Assembly (NCBI GenBank): GCA_023213395.1
Contig: CM041465.1
Location: 131,137,741-131,201,740 of the forward strand
Source of the DNA: Cycas panzhihuaensis
Taxonomy: Eukaryota; Plantae; Cycadophyta
Direction: 5' to 3'
Length of the DNA: 64,000 bases
Below are positions 23,675 through 36,184 of the stretch, one piece after another. How positions within the stretch are numbered: the first letter of the stretch is position 1; every line of letters begins with the position of its first letter. The translations under genes and the position numbers were made by a program. Below the pieces are notes generated by a model. It searched no databases and had not been told where the DNA came from. It saw only the letters and a list, made by a program, of their open reading frames with translations.

Positions 23675-23678
23675 TAGT

Positions 23679-24694
23679 AGAATAGAATTATACAGTTATA
23701 GAGAGAAAAGGGTTGGACATGATCTGGACTGGATAGGATTATAGTGACCAACCCTATTCAAAGATTTAAAAAAGTAGGTAAAAACTTGTGATATATACCA
23801 ACAAACAAGTAAAAAAAAACTATCTACCTCTACATCCAATAATAGCTGAGGCCCGATTTAAGAAATAGGGACTAGACTTTGTAGGACCAATCAACCCTTC
23901 AACCTAGAGAATAAATGTAAGATATATTTTAGTAGCAACAGATTTTCTAACAAAGTAGACTGAAGCTAAACCTATAAGAAAATATGTATGAAATAATCAT
24001 AGTTCAGTTTAGATGTCTATTAGAAATAATGTCAAACCAAGGAGGGGGATTTCTTAATTAAACAATTAAATACTTGACTTCTAAATTTTTAATACAGTAT
24101 GGTAAGTCCTTACCATACTATCTAAGAGTAAATGGATAGGTTGAGAGAACTAATAAGATTTTTAAGATTACTCTTATGAAAATTTGTAATGTAGAACAAA
24201 CAAATTGGGCAGAAAATTTACACTCTATCCTATGGGTTGATCAAACTATAAAGAAACGGCTGCATAAACATACACCCTTTCAGTTGGTCTATGGAATAGA
24301 AGTAGTAGTCCCTCTAGAGTTTTAGGTGGAAAGCATTCAAGTAGCACAGGAATTAATAATGGAAACAGAGGATTCATACGATCAGTGACTAATTCAGCTA
24401 ATGAAATTAGATGAGGAATGGGCCAGGGCACTTTGGGAGTTGCAAATAGAAAAAAAGAGGTGCAAGGCATGGCATAATCGACATCTAAAAAAGCTAGAGT
24501 ATAAGGTAAATGATTTGGTCCTATTGTATGATAGTAAATTTAGGATGAAACTTAGAAAAAAGAAAATTAAATGGTTAGGTCCATATAAGGTTTCTCATAT
24601 TCATGAAAATAAGGTGGTTAAACTAGCATAGTTAGATGGTAAACCATTGACTAAACTCATCAATGGTCGTAGAATAAAGTTATATAAGTGTTAA
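23679..24694 (+). pseudogene. pol: A RNase H stub fused by deletion to integrase
   Basis: NYTVIERKGLDMIW runs almost directly into GL**PTLFKD..VKTCDI; then GLDFVGPI, ATDFLTK, NG*VERTNK, WLGPYKV. Confidence 0.88.
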
Positions 24695-24831
24695 AGAAAG
24701 AAGAGAACAAGGACCAAGGGGATAAATTCTTGAATGAGAAGGACATATTTAATGGAATTAATAAAGAAATAAAGGCCACGTCAAGTAAAAGCAAGGATAG
24801 GATAGGTTTCCTATCAACGGTAAAAGTCATA

Positions 24832-26796
24832 ATGAAAAAGACACAAAGGATAATTGGTAATTAACTGTTGAAGGAGTGGTGCATACAAATGGTGCAACCA
24901 CCTCAAATAATGATAAAATCACATTGGTCAAAGAATATCGTAATCTGATAGGAGATGTACGAAGCAGCGGCAAAATATCATAAGGATAGTAGAAGAAATT
25001 AAACTAATCAGTTGTAGGTACAAGGAGACTGAATCAAAGCATAGCCAAAGGCAAACAGACAAAAGGATTCAAGTAGCAGATGAACTGGCATGTAGAAGGA
25101 AGTAATGATGAAAACAATCATCCTTAGAGAGAACAACGACCCACGTATCCACTCAAAATGGCTAATAATGGAGGAAGAAGACGTGTAAAAAGCTAATGAT
25201 ATATGTAGGGTTTTAGAAATATATACTGGTAGGAACTTTTTCATGTTCCTTGAAATTTATGAATATAGTAATTCCATTGCTAGCTGTACAGCTAGAGATA
25301 TTATAGATTTTGAAGACACAGTAGCTATAGTAATAGGCTTACTAAAGGACGGTAAACCAGTTAGAAGAGACAACCAAATTCTAAGAGAGGAAGTAACAAA
25401 ACAGATTAGAGCTAATGAGAAAGATGTCTCTAGTTCAAGAATCAGAATCGTAGGGATATAGTCATAAGAGAAGAGGTTTTTAGCTCACTTTATCTCTATA
25501 AGAGTAATATTAACAAAGAAAAGCCTCTCCATACTAGCAAATTTGAGAAGTATGGTTAACTAGGTACCACAAGGGAAGCAGTATAATTAGGCCAACTTCA
25601 TAACAGGATGAATTCTTCAAAGTTTGTAGATTATCCAGGAGACAGTAAAATCAGTAACCTTCTATCATGTAATAATTTTGTAGGATCTATTATTTGTGCA
25701 GTGTCTGGAGTTAGAAATACCTAAACTAGAAGAGGAATAAGCACCTTTAGCCTATTGGACTAGTGCCTTCATGAGTGATAAGAAATAGATAGGAATTCAA
25801 GATGTGGTACAAACCTGGGTACAAAAATAGTACCCATTAAAGGTAATAGAAAGCAAGGTAATTGAAACAAAAGAAGGAGTAAATAAAGGAGAAGTCTCAC
25901 AGAAAGAAGAGGGAGGATAGAAAGCAGAAGTCCCCTAGGTAGAAGAAGAAGAAAAGAAGGAAGAACTCCTAAAGGGGGAGAAAGAAAAGAAAAAAGAGCA
26001 AGTTAAAGTTAGGAAGAAAACACAGAAAGAAGGTAACAATAGAGAGCAGGAATACATAAAGGATGAATTTCAAAGACAGAAGAGAATAAGATTGGCCAGA
26101 GAAAAATTGAAACAAGAAGTTATTGAAAAAATAAAAAATCATAGAAGTTGAGTATAATGTAGATAAAGAGGTATTAGAGGAGGGACTGGACCCGATAAAT
26201 TGTGATCTACAGGATGTATCCAGATAGAGAGCATCCTTTCTAGCTCGAGTAACTAGACAATTAGTTACATATTAGAAAGCAGGTCTAAGAAACCTTCCTT
26301 ATAAATAATAAGAATGTTCTAGTTAGACCAACAACTTCAAGAGACTAAAGATAAATTGGAAACTTTAGAGAAATTTATATTAGAGTGGCTAGACGATATT
26401 GATGAGGTCACCCCATAACTACAGCAATTCAAGGAAAAATTTGATCAACAGATTCTAGAGGACTTGCAACTTGTATTCCATCAGTTGGGAGCATGGATCC
26501 TTAAATCCTATGAGGAATCAAAACATTGCATGAAGTTATGTCAAGAAATGAATATGTACCAGTCAAAATTAGAATTTGTTCATAAATTGAATACAAAGTT
26601 AACCTAGGAAATAGGATAGCTACACTCAGGTGAAATGCCTATAATATCATAATTATACACAATAAGAGATGTGGCATTACTGTATGAATATTTGAAACAA
26701 AATGGATTAAGGCTACTACCACAAATTATTAGGTCAGATATGGAATATATCAGAAGAGAAGCAAAAATAAGGGAAGCCCAATTAAGGAATAGGTGA
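24832..26796 (+). pseudogene. A 3' extra ORF (Athila ORF1/env-like type domain, charged linker, coiled coil), about 650 codons
   Basis: One frame interrupted by stops: AIVIGLLKDG...RIRIVGI...FLAHFI...GKQYN*ANFI...FYHVIIL*DLLFVQC, an E/K-rich tract, then LDQQLQETKDKLETLE. Confidence 0.65.
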
Positions 26797-26905
26797 AGTA
26801 AAATTCTAGAAATTTTTTGTAAAGGGGGAGAGTAGGAAGGGGTAACAAAATTTTTTAGAATTTTGAATGAGTTATGTCACTCGTTTAAAGAAGCCGCAAG
26901 GGAGA

Positions 26906-27499
26906 TGTGCATGGCCAAAGATGACTACTATTTAGAGTGCAACCGATAAGTAGAAGGTACAATAAGTAGTACAAAAGTACAACCAGGCTTCCAATAGGTG
27001 TGACCAGGCCTTTAGCAAGCACAACTAGGTTTCTAGTAGATGCGACCAAGTCTCTAAAAGATGTGGCCTGGCAACTAGCAGGTGCAACTGAACAACAGTT
27101 GATGTGACTAGATAATAGCCGGTGTGACCAGGGTAGCGATAGGTGCAACCAAGGTAGCAGCTGGTGCGACCAAGGCAGAAATTAGTTAAAGATAAAATAT
27201 AAAGCAATGTGGGTTAAATGATAAAATAGTTGTAATAAGTAGTTATAACTACAAGTTTAGGAGATATTAGTATCAGTCATTGTAAGAATAAAGGTATATA
27301 TATGTTCATTATAGAGTGTCGTCTAACTATGGATTTTGTACATTGTCTTGACCTACATCTGGTTGTGAGATGACCAAATGCAAAGCCCCATAGTAATGAA
27401 GGCTTGGTTTTTGGGCTTCATTTTATTATGTCTCTCTTTTACTTGTAAATTTCTGTGAAGCCTAGTATGAGACTGTTAGAGTAGAAGAGTAGACACATA
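26906..27499 (+). repeat. A 3' LTR (594 bp)
   Basis: Preceded by purine-rich AAGGGAGA; ends AGACACATA before TSD GGAGT. Confidence 0.93.
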
Positions 27500-27889
27500 G
27501 GAGTAATGATATTAGTACTTCAAAATGGAGCAATCTCTTTGTATTTAGTCAATGACATCGCCTACATGTTCGATAACTCTCATTCAAAGAAAGTCATCAC
27601 ACTTTCATTGCTACCTCACTGCCTTTGCAACATACGAAAACAACAAGACAATGGTAGATAAACAAAAATATATTAGGGCTTAATCCTTTTTTATGCATCA
27701 ATTTGTTTTCATAATAAAAAAAATTCAAAGTTTAATTTTAAATTTAACTAGATTTAATTTCTCTTTGAAATCTACAGTTGTGAAAAAAAAGATTAAACAA
27801 ATTGTAAAGTTTTTATAAACTTAGAAACTATATATTATATTTGATAATATTTTTAGATCTACTCAATCCCCCTAAGCATTAGTACCCAG

Positions 27890-28789
27890 TGTTGACTTCT
27901 CACTACCCTTATAAGAATGCACTTGTCAAGGGTTTTCTACTATAGTCTAGATTGGGCTCATGGTCAACATGTGGGTCACTATCTCATAACATACCTCATA
28001 AGCTCACAATATAAACATAATCATACTATAATATCATGTATTCATTACTACATAAATAGAAATCCATAAAAGACATAAGTTCCTTGTAAATTTGGTATTT
28101 ATTAAATAAGATCATTATTTTACATTATATTTCTATACAATATTATTCGTACACTACTTGGCTAGTTACCTATACCAAAACAAGTCCCAAAGAATCACTG
28201 AACTTGGCTTTCACCCTTGAGAGTATGACATAAGATCAAAATAACTCAACTCTCACCTCCTTGAGAACATGACACAAGATTGAATCACTCGGCTCTCACC
28301 CTTGAGAGTATGACATAAGATCAAATAACTTAGCTCTTATATTAGAGTAGGTGCCATATGATTAATTAACTCTGCTCTTACATCAAAATAGTTATGTAAG
28401 CATGTTTAAATAGGATATATGTGTTTATTAAGGAATAGTTATGACCAGAGATCACAACGATTCCTTTTTTGTAATGCATACCCTTTAATAATTAATCCAC
28501 TAATTAATCATTATGTTTGTTACTCTTCCACACGTATGTCTGTACAATTCTATCCACATGGCTTGCTTTTGTCTTGAGCATTTTGTGTTTATTATGCATT
28601 CCTATGATAGAATATGTAATATTCTGTGCTTATTGTTAAAAGTTCATGATTTGTTTCTACTTATAAGTCATGTGTTCCTTATCTTGGATACTTGCTGTGT
28701 AATTCTCCTACATTTATCTAGTCATATTAAACCCCAGTCATCATATGTTCCTTTCTTTGGGTACACAGGTCTCCAATTTGACCCTAACA
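27890..28789 (-). repeat. D 3' LTR, with 3-4 copies of a ~42 bp tandem repeat (about 28200-28380)
   Basis: Colinear with 34062-34963; repeat CTCTCACCCTTGAGAGTATGACATAAGATCAAATAAC in both copies. Confidence 0.9.
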
Positions 28790-28879
28790 TCTATCTCGAG
28801 TCAACAAAAATGGTTCAACATCCTTGATTAAAATTACAAATTTTAAAATTTTGTATTCTTCTCCTCCCTCTCTGAATCA

Positions 28880-29950
28880 AGACTACCCCTATAGTTTTAG
28901 GTCTATTGGTGGCTCGTTTGCTAAAGTAACTCCTCATTAATCTGTATCAAAATAGGTATAGTAGCATCTTTCTCTTTTAGCTTCTCCTACAAATCAGTAA
29001 TTTCTATTTTATACCCTTACTCCAGTTCTTATAGGAGTTGAATAATTTGTTTATCCTTTCCTTTTAAGAGATGTTGAGCAGAACCCTCTTTGGGTTTCAT
29101 AACTAATGTGTATAGGGGCTCCATCTCCCATTCTTCTAATGAAGGTGTTAACTCTTCTTTGGATTGTTTCTGCCTCTACTTGGCACTCTTCTTACTCACT
29201 TACTTTGGTCATAAAGGAAAAGAGGTTCCAATCTTATGCTGAATCCATTTTAAGATTTTACCTATTTCTACTTTGACTTTCCTCTTTATTGATAGATCCT
29301 GAGTGGTGTTAAGCATTATATTTATCAATTTCTTAATTGAGGATTCTCCTAGATAAATTAATATGTGTATTGGTTTGGCATCTTAACACTGTTGAAATAA
29401 TATAACCAATAAGAGTGATGGGTGTCTAAAGGGATGAGTTTGTGGCTCTCCCAATTGTTGCTCCATGCCACTTGCCAAAAATTCATATTAATTCATCTAA
29501 ACCCCATCATGAACTAATGGTAAAATAGCCATCATGTTGCATGGGATTTAGGTATGTTTTTGTTTAGAAAGCAATTTTGTCACAATAATTTTTGCTATCC
29601 ACTATAACATTTTATCCTAGATATTAGTAATTTTAATCCCTCTTAAATAAATTTAGGTATCTAGATTATAGGGTTCATGAATCCATCATTATCTACTTCT
29701 AACTATTTTATGGTTGTTGGCGTCTCCTCCTCCTTAGAAAGTCCTATAACAACATGAATGGACTCCATACTAAGTTCTACTTTCTCTATGTTTGATTTTA
29801 GAACTATTAAAATTTCCTCAATAACTTCAGAATCCTAATATAATAGTGGGACTAGGATGAAATTCCCCCATCTTTCCTGTTTAACTTTTCCTTAGAATGA
29901 GACAAGTGGCTCCTCAAGTTCTGCCTATAGTTTAGGTAAATAGGTCCTCT
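28880..29950 (-). pseudogene. D 3' extra ORF, homologous in pattern to that of A
   Basis: SIHVVIGLSKEE...GIKITNI...WIAKIIV...DGV*MN*YEFLA...FRHPSLLLVILFQQC, then coiled coil KDKQIIQLL*ELE*GYKIEITDL*EKLKEKDATI; frameshifted. Confidence 0.6.
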
Positions 29951-30695
29951 AAATTCCTACAATCTTTATTATGTGGTTGAAGGAAGGGAATGCAAATAAT
30001 TGAGTATTTAATAAAATAAAATAAATACAAGAGAATTTACAAACCCTAATTCATTTGTTACTCTAGATGTATACTATATCTTTGACTGTTATGCATTCGA
30101 TGAGTTAGACGTAGGGCTAGATGTGTTCCCGATATGAATTCATCCTTATCGATGACCTATCAACTATTGGAATATTAAGATTATACCGAATCTAAGCTAT
30201 TATAGTCACTCGCTCATATGTATTCTTCTATTGGAATGATCTTAGGAATGTAATGTCTATTTTGATTATTTTATTCCCTTTATCAAGAGCATTTCTATTC
30301 ACATTCCCTTTTTAGAATATACAATGTATTTCATTTTATTTTAGTCCTTTTTAACTAGTATATTCTATTCTTATTCTAAATTTAGAATTTATAATATATT
30401 TACTCAAAACAAAGGCTTAAATTATACTTTTTTTAATTTTATTTTATCTATGATTTTGCTCAAGTATATGATTTTTTGAGTTATAGTTAATTTTTTCTCT
30501 TTCCTTTCTTTTGTAATTTTATTTTTCTTTCTCTCTTTCCTTTTCTTCTTATTCTTCTTCTTCTTTTTCTTTCATATGTATTGGGTAGAAACCTAAGTTT
30601 GATACTAAGACAACTTTGGTTGTTTACAACTGCAAGCAATCCATAATATACATTTAGTTAATTCCTACTAGAATAGATTTGTCACACCTAATTAT

Positions 30696-30920
30696 GATAG
30701 GGTTTGATTTACTACCCTTGACCATTTTAAGTAATAGTTAGCATGTTAGTTTCTTAAAATGGATAATTCCATTCTTGTACACATTCTTAATCATATATAG
30801 CCATTTCCATTGCATCTTTAATTCTCCCTAGGGTGTTTGGGATTTGTTGTTGAATCGCCATACACAATCACCCTTCTTGAAATATAATGTCTTGATATGG
30901 CAGTCATGCCTTGTCTTTTT
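30696..30920 (-). pseudogene. D integrase C-terminal (GPY/F-type) remnant
   Basis: RHDCHIKTLYFKKGDCVWRF...GELKMQWKWLYMIKNVYKNG...VKGSK parallels A integrase WHNRHLKKLEYKVNDLVLLY...IKWLGPYKVSHIHENK...INGRR. Confidence 0.65.
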
Positions 30921-31379
30921 TTCCCTTTTCCTTGGTATAGTATGCTCTGTTGGTTTCTTCATATTGTCCTTTATTTAATCTTTCCCTTTACCACTATGAC
31001 TTGTAGTAATGTGGCTCTCAGAATTGTTGTTATTATTCATGTCACTAAAAGAGAGTAAATTACAATGAAAAAAATGTGGGTCAACCTCATAACATTCTTG
31101 CATATAATAATTTATAAATCTCTTTGTACCCTCTTTAACAAAAGAGTTTTTGATGTGAAATTATTTGTGATAATTGGTCTCATACTCATGTAGATTATTT
31201 ATGGCATGTACTTCATTTGTTATTTGATATAAATTTGTTTCTTTAAATGTCGATGATGTCTCATCATTGACGATTATCATGCTCAAGGAAGCGTCTGGAA
31301 TCATCTCGATTAAAATTTTTCTTTTTCCCAACATTAAAAAGACCACTTCACTTCCTCCATCCGATAATGGAAAGGTTAC

Positions 31380-33700
31380 ATCTTTCTAGTTTTGAAGGCA
31401 CTCTATCTTGTTTAACTATAGACAGATTAATAGTGTTGGATAGAGCACCATCCCTTTCACTATGTCAACAATGGTAAAGACTATTGGCACTATGATTCTT
31501 ATTATGATTACTTGAATATTCTCTAATCAACCCATGGGTTTTACTAGTAGCTCATTGCCAACTTTAACAAATAATGTGTGGGTGTCAATTGAGGACTCAT
31601 AAGCATCTTCCAGGTTTGTGTTGGTAATACATTTACCATAGCTCCTCCATCAACAATGATGTTTTATAATGTGATTCCCAAGATGCTCATGTTTATTGAA
31701 GGGTCAAGATCACATGAAGGTTTAACCTTGTTCAAGGTTCTTGTAGCTTCCATTGGTCAAATTACTCCATGTTCTATCTATTATATCGCATGTTCTAATG
31801 GAATGGTTAATTTTAATTATTTTACTAAATCTTTGATCATTATATATTTTTGTAGGAGTTCTTCTGATTTTATGGTTGAGACACGTGAATTGATTTCTAT
31901 AGTTTTTTAGATAATTTCACCTCATTTGCTTTATTTTTTCACCAATATATTTATTTAATTTTGGGTTTCCCTAATGGTAGGGTTTTGGTTGCTTCTTCCC
32001 CGGTAGCATCCTTTAGATCTTTTATAGCAATGGCAAATCGATTAATTTCTAATTTTATATTGGGATAACTATTTTCAATTGCTTGCTTTTTATTTTGTAA
32101 GTTAACATTCTTGGAGAGGCTAGGTATCATTGTTATCTCATTAAGAGCTTTACCCTTACCCTTGCCCTCTTCTATGGTATATGTACTTGGTCCATAGTTT
32201 TTGTAGATATGTGGGTATTCCTTTTGTATTTTTGCCATTAAGTAATCTAATTTCTAATGCATGTATTCTAAACACACCAAACATCTTCCCAAAGGAGGTT
32301 TTCTTTATAAAGTCTTTGGTTGTGTGTGAGTCATACAAATTATTCATGTAGTAGGGTTGCTTCTTCCCCACCCTCTACTACTTGAGTTTATGCTTCTGGT
32401 ATTATAATAACATTATCAGGTATTGTGAGTGTTTTGGTTGTAAATATGACACCAAGTGTTTTGCTTTCTTACTCTTGCATTACACTTACATTCCTTACTA
32501 GAGCGCATGTTTTCCTTGTAAATGTGATAATTTTTAATTGGAGACTCCTTTATTCCATGATTGATAGATTATTCCTTAATGTTTTATTAGGCTTTATGCT
32601 CATGTAGCTTAAGCCTTGCAACTTCCTTTTTTAGGGCTTCTACTTCCAAATTTTCTTCCAACTTTGCTACTTGGAAGAGAGGTTTATTAAGGTTTTAAAA
32701 TTTTAATTCATTAGTTTCTTCTTATACCCTCATTATAAGGGGATCATATGCTATCCTCTTAGTGTCAATTTCTTTCTCAAAATCCAACACTAGCTCTTAG
32801 GCATATTGGTATGATTTAAATGGATGTGAAACCATCACATTCCTTGACTTGCCATTTAATCCATTTATAAAAAAGTTCTCATCCTTAAATCTATGATCTT
32901 CTCTCCCTTTATTATGGTGGATGCTATCATGTCAATCTAGCTTCTATATGTCAATATAAATTCTCCTAGTTTTTGTTGGGTTTCTCTCAAAGTTAGTTCT
33001 ATTATATCATTATTCTAATATTTTAAAAATCTTTCAACAATTTCTTTCTTTATCTCATTCAATGGCTTAAGTAGGTCTAATTGCTTATACCAGGCTAGTG
33101 ATATATCCATTAATAAATATATAAACCTTTTTAATATTTATTTTGTCCATAATCTTTTCAAGGTTTACGAACCTCTAAAATGGATATATATGTTTGGCTA
33201 CATCAGAGTTTCCCAAATTATTTATGATGTACCATTTTAGAATTATTTACTTACTCCCCCCTTGTGGTGGGGTTATCTCTTTTTCTTCCAAAAATTTTTT
33301 GTATAGTCCACTTAATAGTGTTCCTTCTCCATTGTTCTCCCTTCTAAACATGGGATTTTAAATCAATGTTTTTAATTGTATAACTCTCAGGATTCATGGT
33401 ATCTCTATTACTAATGGAGTTATTACTAAGAATGCCTGAACTAACCTTTTCTCTAGTGGATCCTCTAATAATTTCCTTATTAGATTATTCTCCCAATATT
33501 CCTGGGGACCTTCCTTTGCCTTCTCTTCATTATCATGAAGATCTTTCGAAGTAGAGTCTAGACTTGGTTCCTTTTGGGGGGGTTTATTTCCTTTCCTTTC
33601 TTATTTTCCTTAAGGTTTTCTCCTCTTCCCTCTTTAATTTCTTCCTTTTTTTCTATATCAAAATTATAAAATCTCTTTAGGGTAGGTGTGATCGTCATTG
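31380..33700 (-). pseudogene. gag: D gag and protease remnants
   Basis: SLAWYKQL...ETQQKLGE...FFINGL; knuckle CLVCLEYMH; protease NIIVDGGAMVNVLPTQTW at about 31660. Confidence 0.75.
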
Positions 33701-34047
33701 GCTCCCCTTAGCCTTTATTTTTTATATTTTATGGTGTCTCGGTGCCACTTGCTTCAGATTCTTCCATTAATTCTATTTGATCTTCCCTTCTCCTTACACT
33801 CAATCTCCTTGACTTCCTTTGTTTTTTCTCCTTTGACCACCTTAAAGCTTTATGTCTGCTTGATTATATTATCCCCTTAGGTTTTGTATATGACTCCTCT
33901 ACCTTTAAAGGTTATTTAGGTGGCATTGGAAGGTACTCCTAGTTGTTGAGGCTTAACTAAATCTTGTCATCATAATAACAACTAAGGTGACTTGGTCTTT
34001 ACTCATAGAGGATTTTAGTTTCCTTTTCCCCTCTATTAGTGGACTTA

Positions 34048-34060
34048 GGCAATAGAATCA
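34048..34060 (-). promoter_or_regulatory. D primer-binding site, probably tRNA-Glu type
   Basis: TGATTCTATTGCC on -, 1 nt after the LTR; three transitions from TGGTTCCGTTGCC and similar to the PBS of A. Confidence 0.55.
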
Positions 34061-34061
34061 A

Positions 34062-34963
34062 TATTGAATTTCTACTGGCCTTATAAGAATGCAATTATCA
34101 AGAATTTTCCACTATAGTCTAGATTGGGTTCATGATTAACATGTGGGTTGTTATCTTATAATATGCCTCATAAGTCTACAGCATAAACATAATCATATTA
34201 TACTATAATGTATTCATCATTACATTAATAGAAGCATATAGAAGATAATTTCCTTGTAACTCTAGAATTTTACTAAACAAAATCAACATCATATTTCTAT
34301 ACAATATTGTTTATACACTGCCTGGTTGGTTACTCGTATAAGACTAAGTCCCAAAGAATCATTAAACTTGGATCTCATCCTTGAGAGTATGATATAAGAC
34401 CTAAATAACTTAGCTCTTATCTCCTTGAGAACATGACATAAGATTGAATCCCTCAGCTCTCACCCTTGAGAGTATGACATAAGATCAAATAACTTGGCTT
34501 TCACATTACAGTAGATGATGTATGATTAATTGACTCAACTCTCACATCAAAATGGTTATGTAAGTATGTTTAAATATGTTGGGGAATGGTTGTGACCAGA
34601 GGTCATAGCTATTCCTTTTTTGTAAGGCATGCCCTCTAATAATCAATCCATCAATTAATCATTATGTATGTCGATCTTCCACATATGTGTCCATATGATT
34701 ATGTCTATGTGGCTTGCTTCTATTTTAAGAATTTTGTGTATGTTTCACATGTGTTTTGTGTCTATTGTGCATTCCTGTAATGGAATGCATTGTGTTATAT
34801 ACTTGCTATTAAACATTCTTATACTATTTCTACTTCTGAGTCGTGTGTTCCTTATCCTGGATACTTGTTGGGTGATTCTCTTGTATTTATCTAATCATAT
34901 TAAACCTCATTTATCATACATTCCTTCCTTTGAATACATAGGGTCTCTAATTTGACCCTAACA
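34062..34963 (-). repeat. D 5' LTR (902 bp)
   Basis: Colinear with 27890-28789; adjacent to the PBS. Confidence 0.9.
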
Positions 34964-35487
34964 CTTGGTCACATTGCAACATCCATATGATGGCTGGTTA
35001 GCCAGTGAAAGGAGCTAAGCCCCCAATTTTTATTTTTTCTAGAGTCCTTATCATTATTTTGGCAATAACTTAAGCTAGGAGACTGTATTTTTAGTCTTAT
35101 TAGTTGTGTTAGGTTCATAATTGAGAGAGCTTTATTTTGGTAGATCACTTGATATTATTTGGAGCTAATTTGATGCAAATATTTTAGCTTAAATTCAATT
35201 TTAAAAAAAGAAAAAGAACTTATTTTTCTTTATTTTTTTACTTATTTTTAGGTACATACATATATTTTCTAAGGTTCCATATCATTTTTTATAAATTTTA
35301 TTGATATAATATACCCCAAATGGGGGGGTAACACGTATAATTTATCATATAAGCTCATTTAAGATTCTAAAAAACCCATATTTATTACAAAATCAATGAA
35401 ATTTATCATTTGAGAGAGTTATTCATATTATATTTGAGTTGCATCTACTTTTCAATCATAGTTATGATATTTACTGTTAGATATTTT

Positions 35488-35580
35488 AGCCCATATAGGA
35501 CATTATAAGCCCACAGTGACATGTTGAAGCCTATAGTGGCATGTTATAAGCCCAAAGAGGCATAAGTGTGGCCCATTGAG
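35488..35580 (+). repeat. Degenerate ~20 bp tandem repeat (4-5 copies) in the G internal region
   Basis: AGCCCATATAGGACATTATA / AGCCCACAGTGACATGTTGA / AGCCTATAGTGGCATGTTATA / AGCCCAAAGAGGCAT. Confidence 0.6.
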
Positions 35581-36011
35581 ACAAGATTTAGAATCTATAT
35601 TAGTAAATTTGAGGCCATAGTACCATTATAAAGCCTTAAAGTTATTTGTTTCTAGCCATTGTAGTTAAATAAGCTACTCATATTGTCCTATATAGGCAAG
35701 AGGTAGATCTTATTTTTGGCTACTCTTGCACGTTTCTTCATCAACTTACATGTTGATGTAGGATAGTGTGTTCCTTAGGTGCAGTTGATTTAGCACTTAC
35801 TATACCACATACATAAAGGAACATCCTTGTTAACCAGTGGTCACAACAATTGGTTACCTATGTGGTCTAATGAATGGAGTTTATTTAATATGGATGTCAG
35901 CAACAAATTGTATCATTACAATAACTTATATTCTAGTATTTATTTAAAGACTCAATACTTATAATTTGATATGATATTTCATTTTATGTAATTATATATT
36001 ATAAAGGGGAA

Positions 36012-36184
36012 TGTTAGGTATAATACCTAATTACATATCTATCTTCGTTCATACCTTCTCTAATTTATTTCTATTTTATATTTGAGATGTCTTTGAGTTA
36101 TGTGCCATATAAAAATATATGCCAGCCCATAATAAGTTCACCAATGAACATACTTTCATTTTATTATGTTAGCATGTATATGCT
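36012..36184 (+). repeat. G 3' LTR, first part (split by E)
   Basis: Follows the PPT and aligns with 687 onward, with an internal deletion of about 60 bp. Confidence 0.85.

Larger units (their letters stand above)
2668..27499 (+). mobile_element. Element A: Athila-like (non-chromovirus) Ty3/gypsy LTR retrotransposon, decayed
   Basis: LTRs 2668-3257 and 26906-27499; perfect TSD GGAGT (2663-2667, 27500-27504); domain order gag-PR-RT-RH-IN plus a 3' extra ORF. Confidence 0.93.
27890..34963 (-). mobile_element. Element D: non-autonomous Athila-like element (gag, PR, IN C-terminal tail, extra ORF; no RT, RH or IN core)
   Basis: LTRs 27890-28789 and 34062-34963 (~900 bp); degenerate TSD CCCAG / CTTGG (both derivable from CCCGG by transitions); PBS 34048-34060. 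Confidence 0.88.

Noticed and set aside
24832-26796. Calling the extra ORF a true envelope gene (endogenous retrovirus)
   Set aside because: No signal peptide, cleavage site or convincing transmembrane segment is visible.
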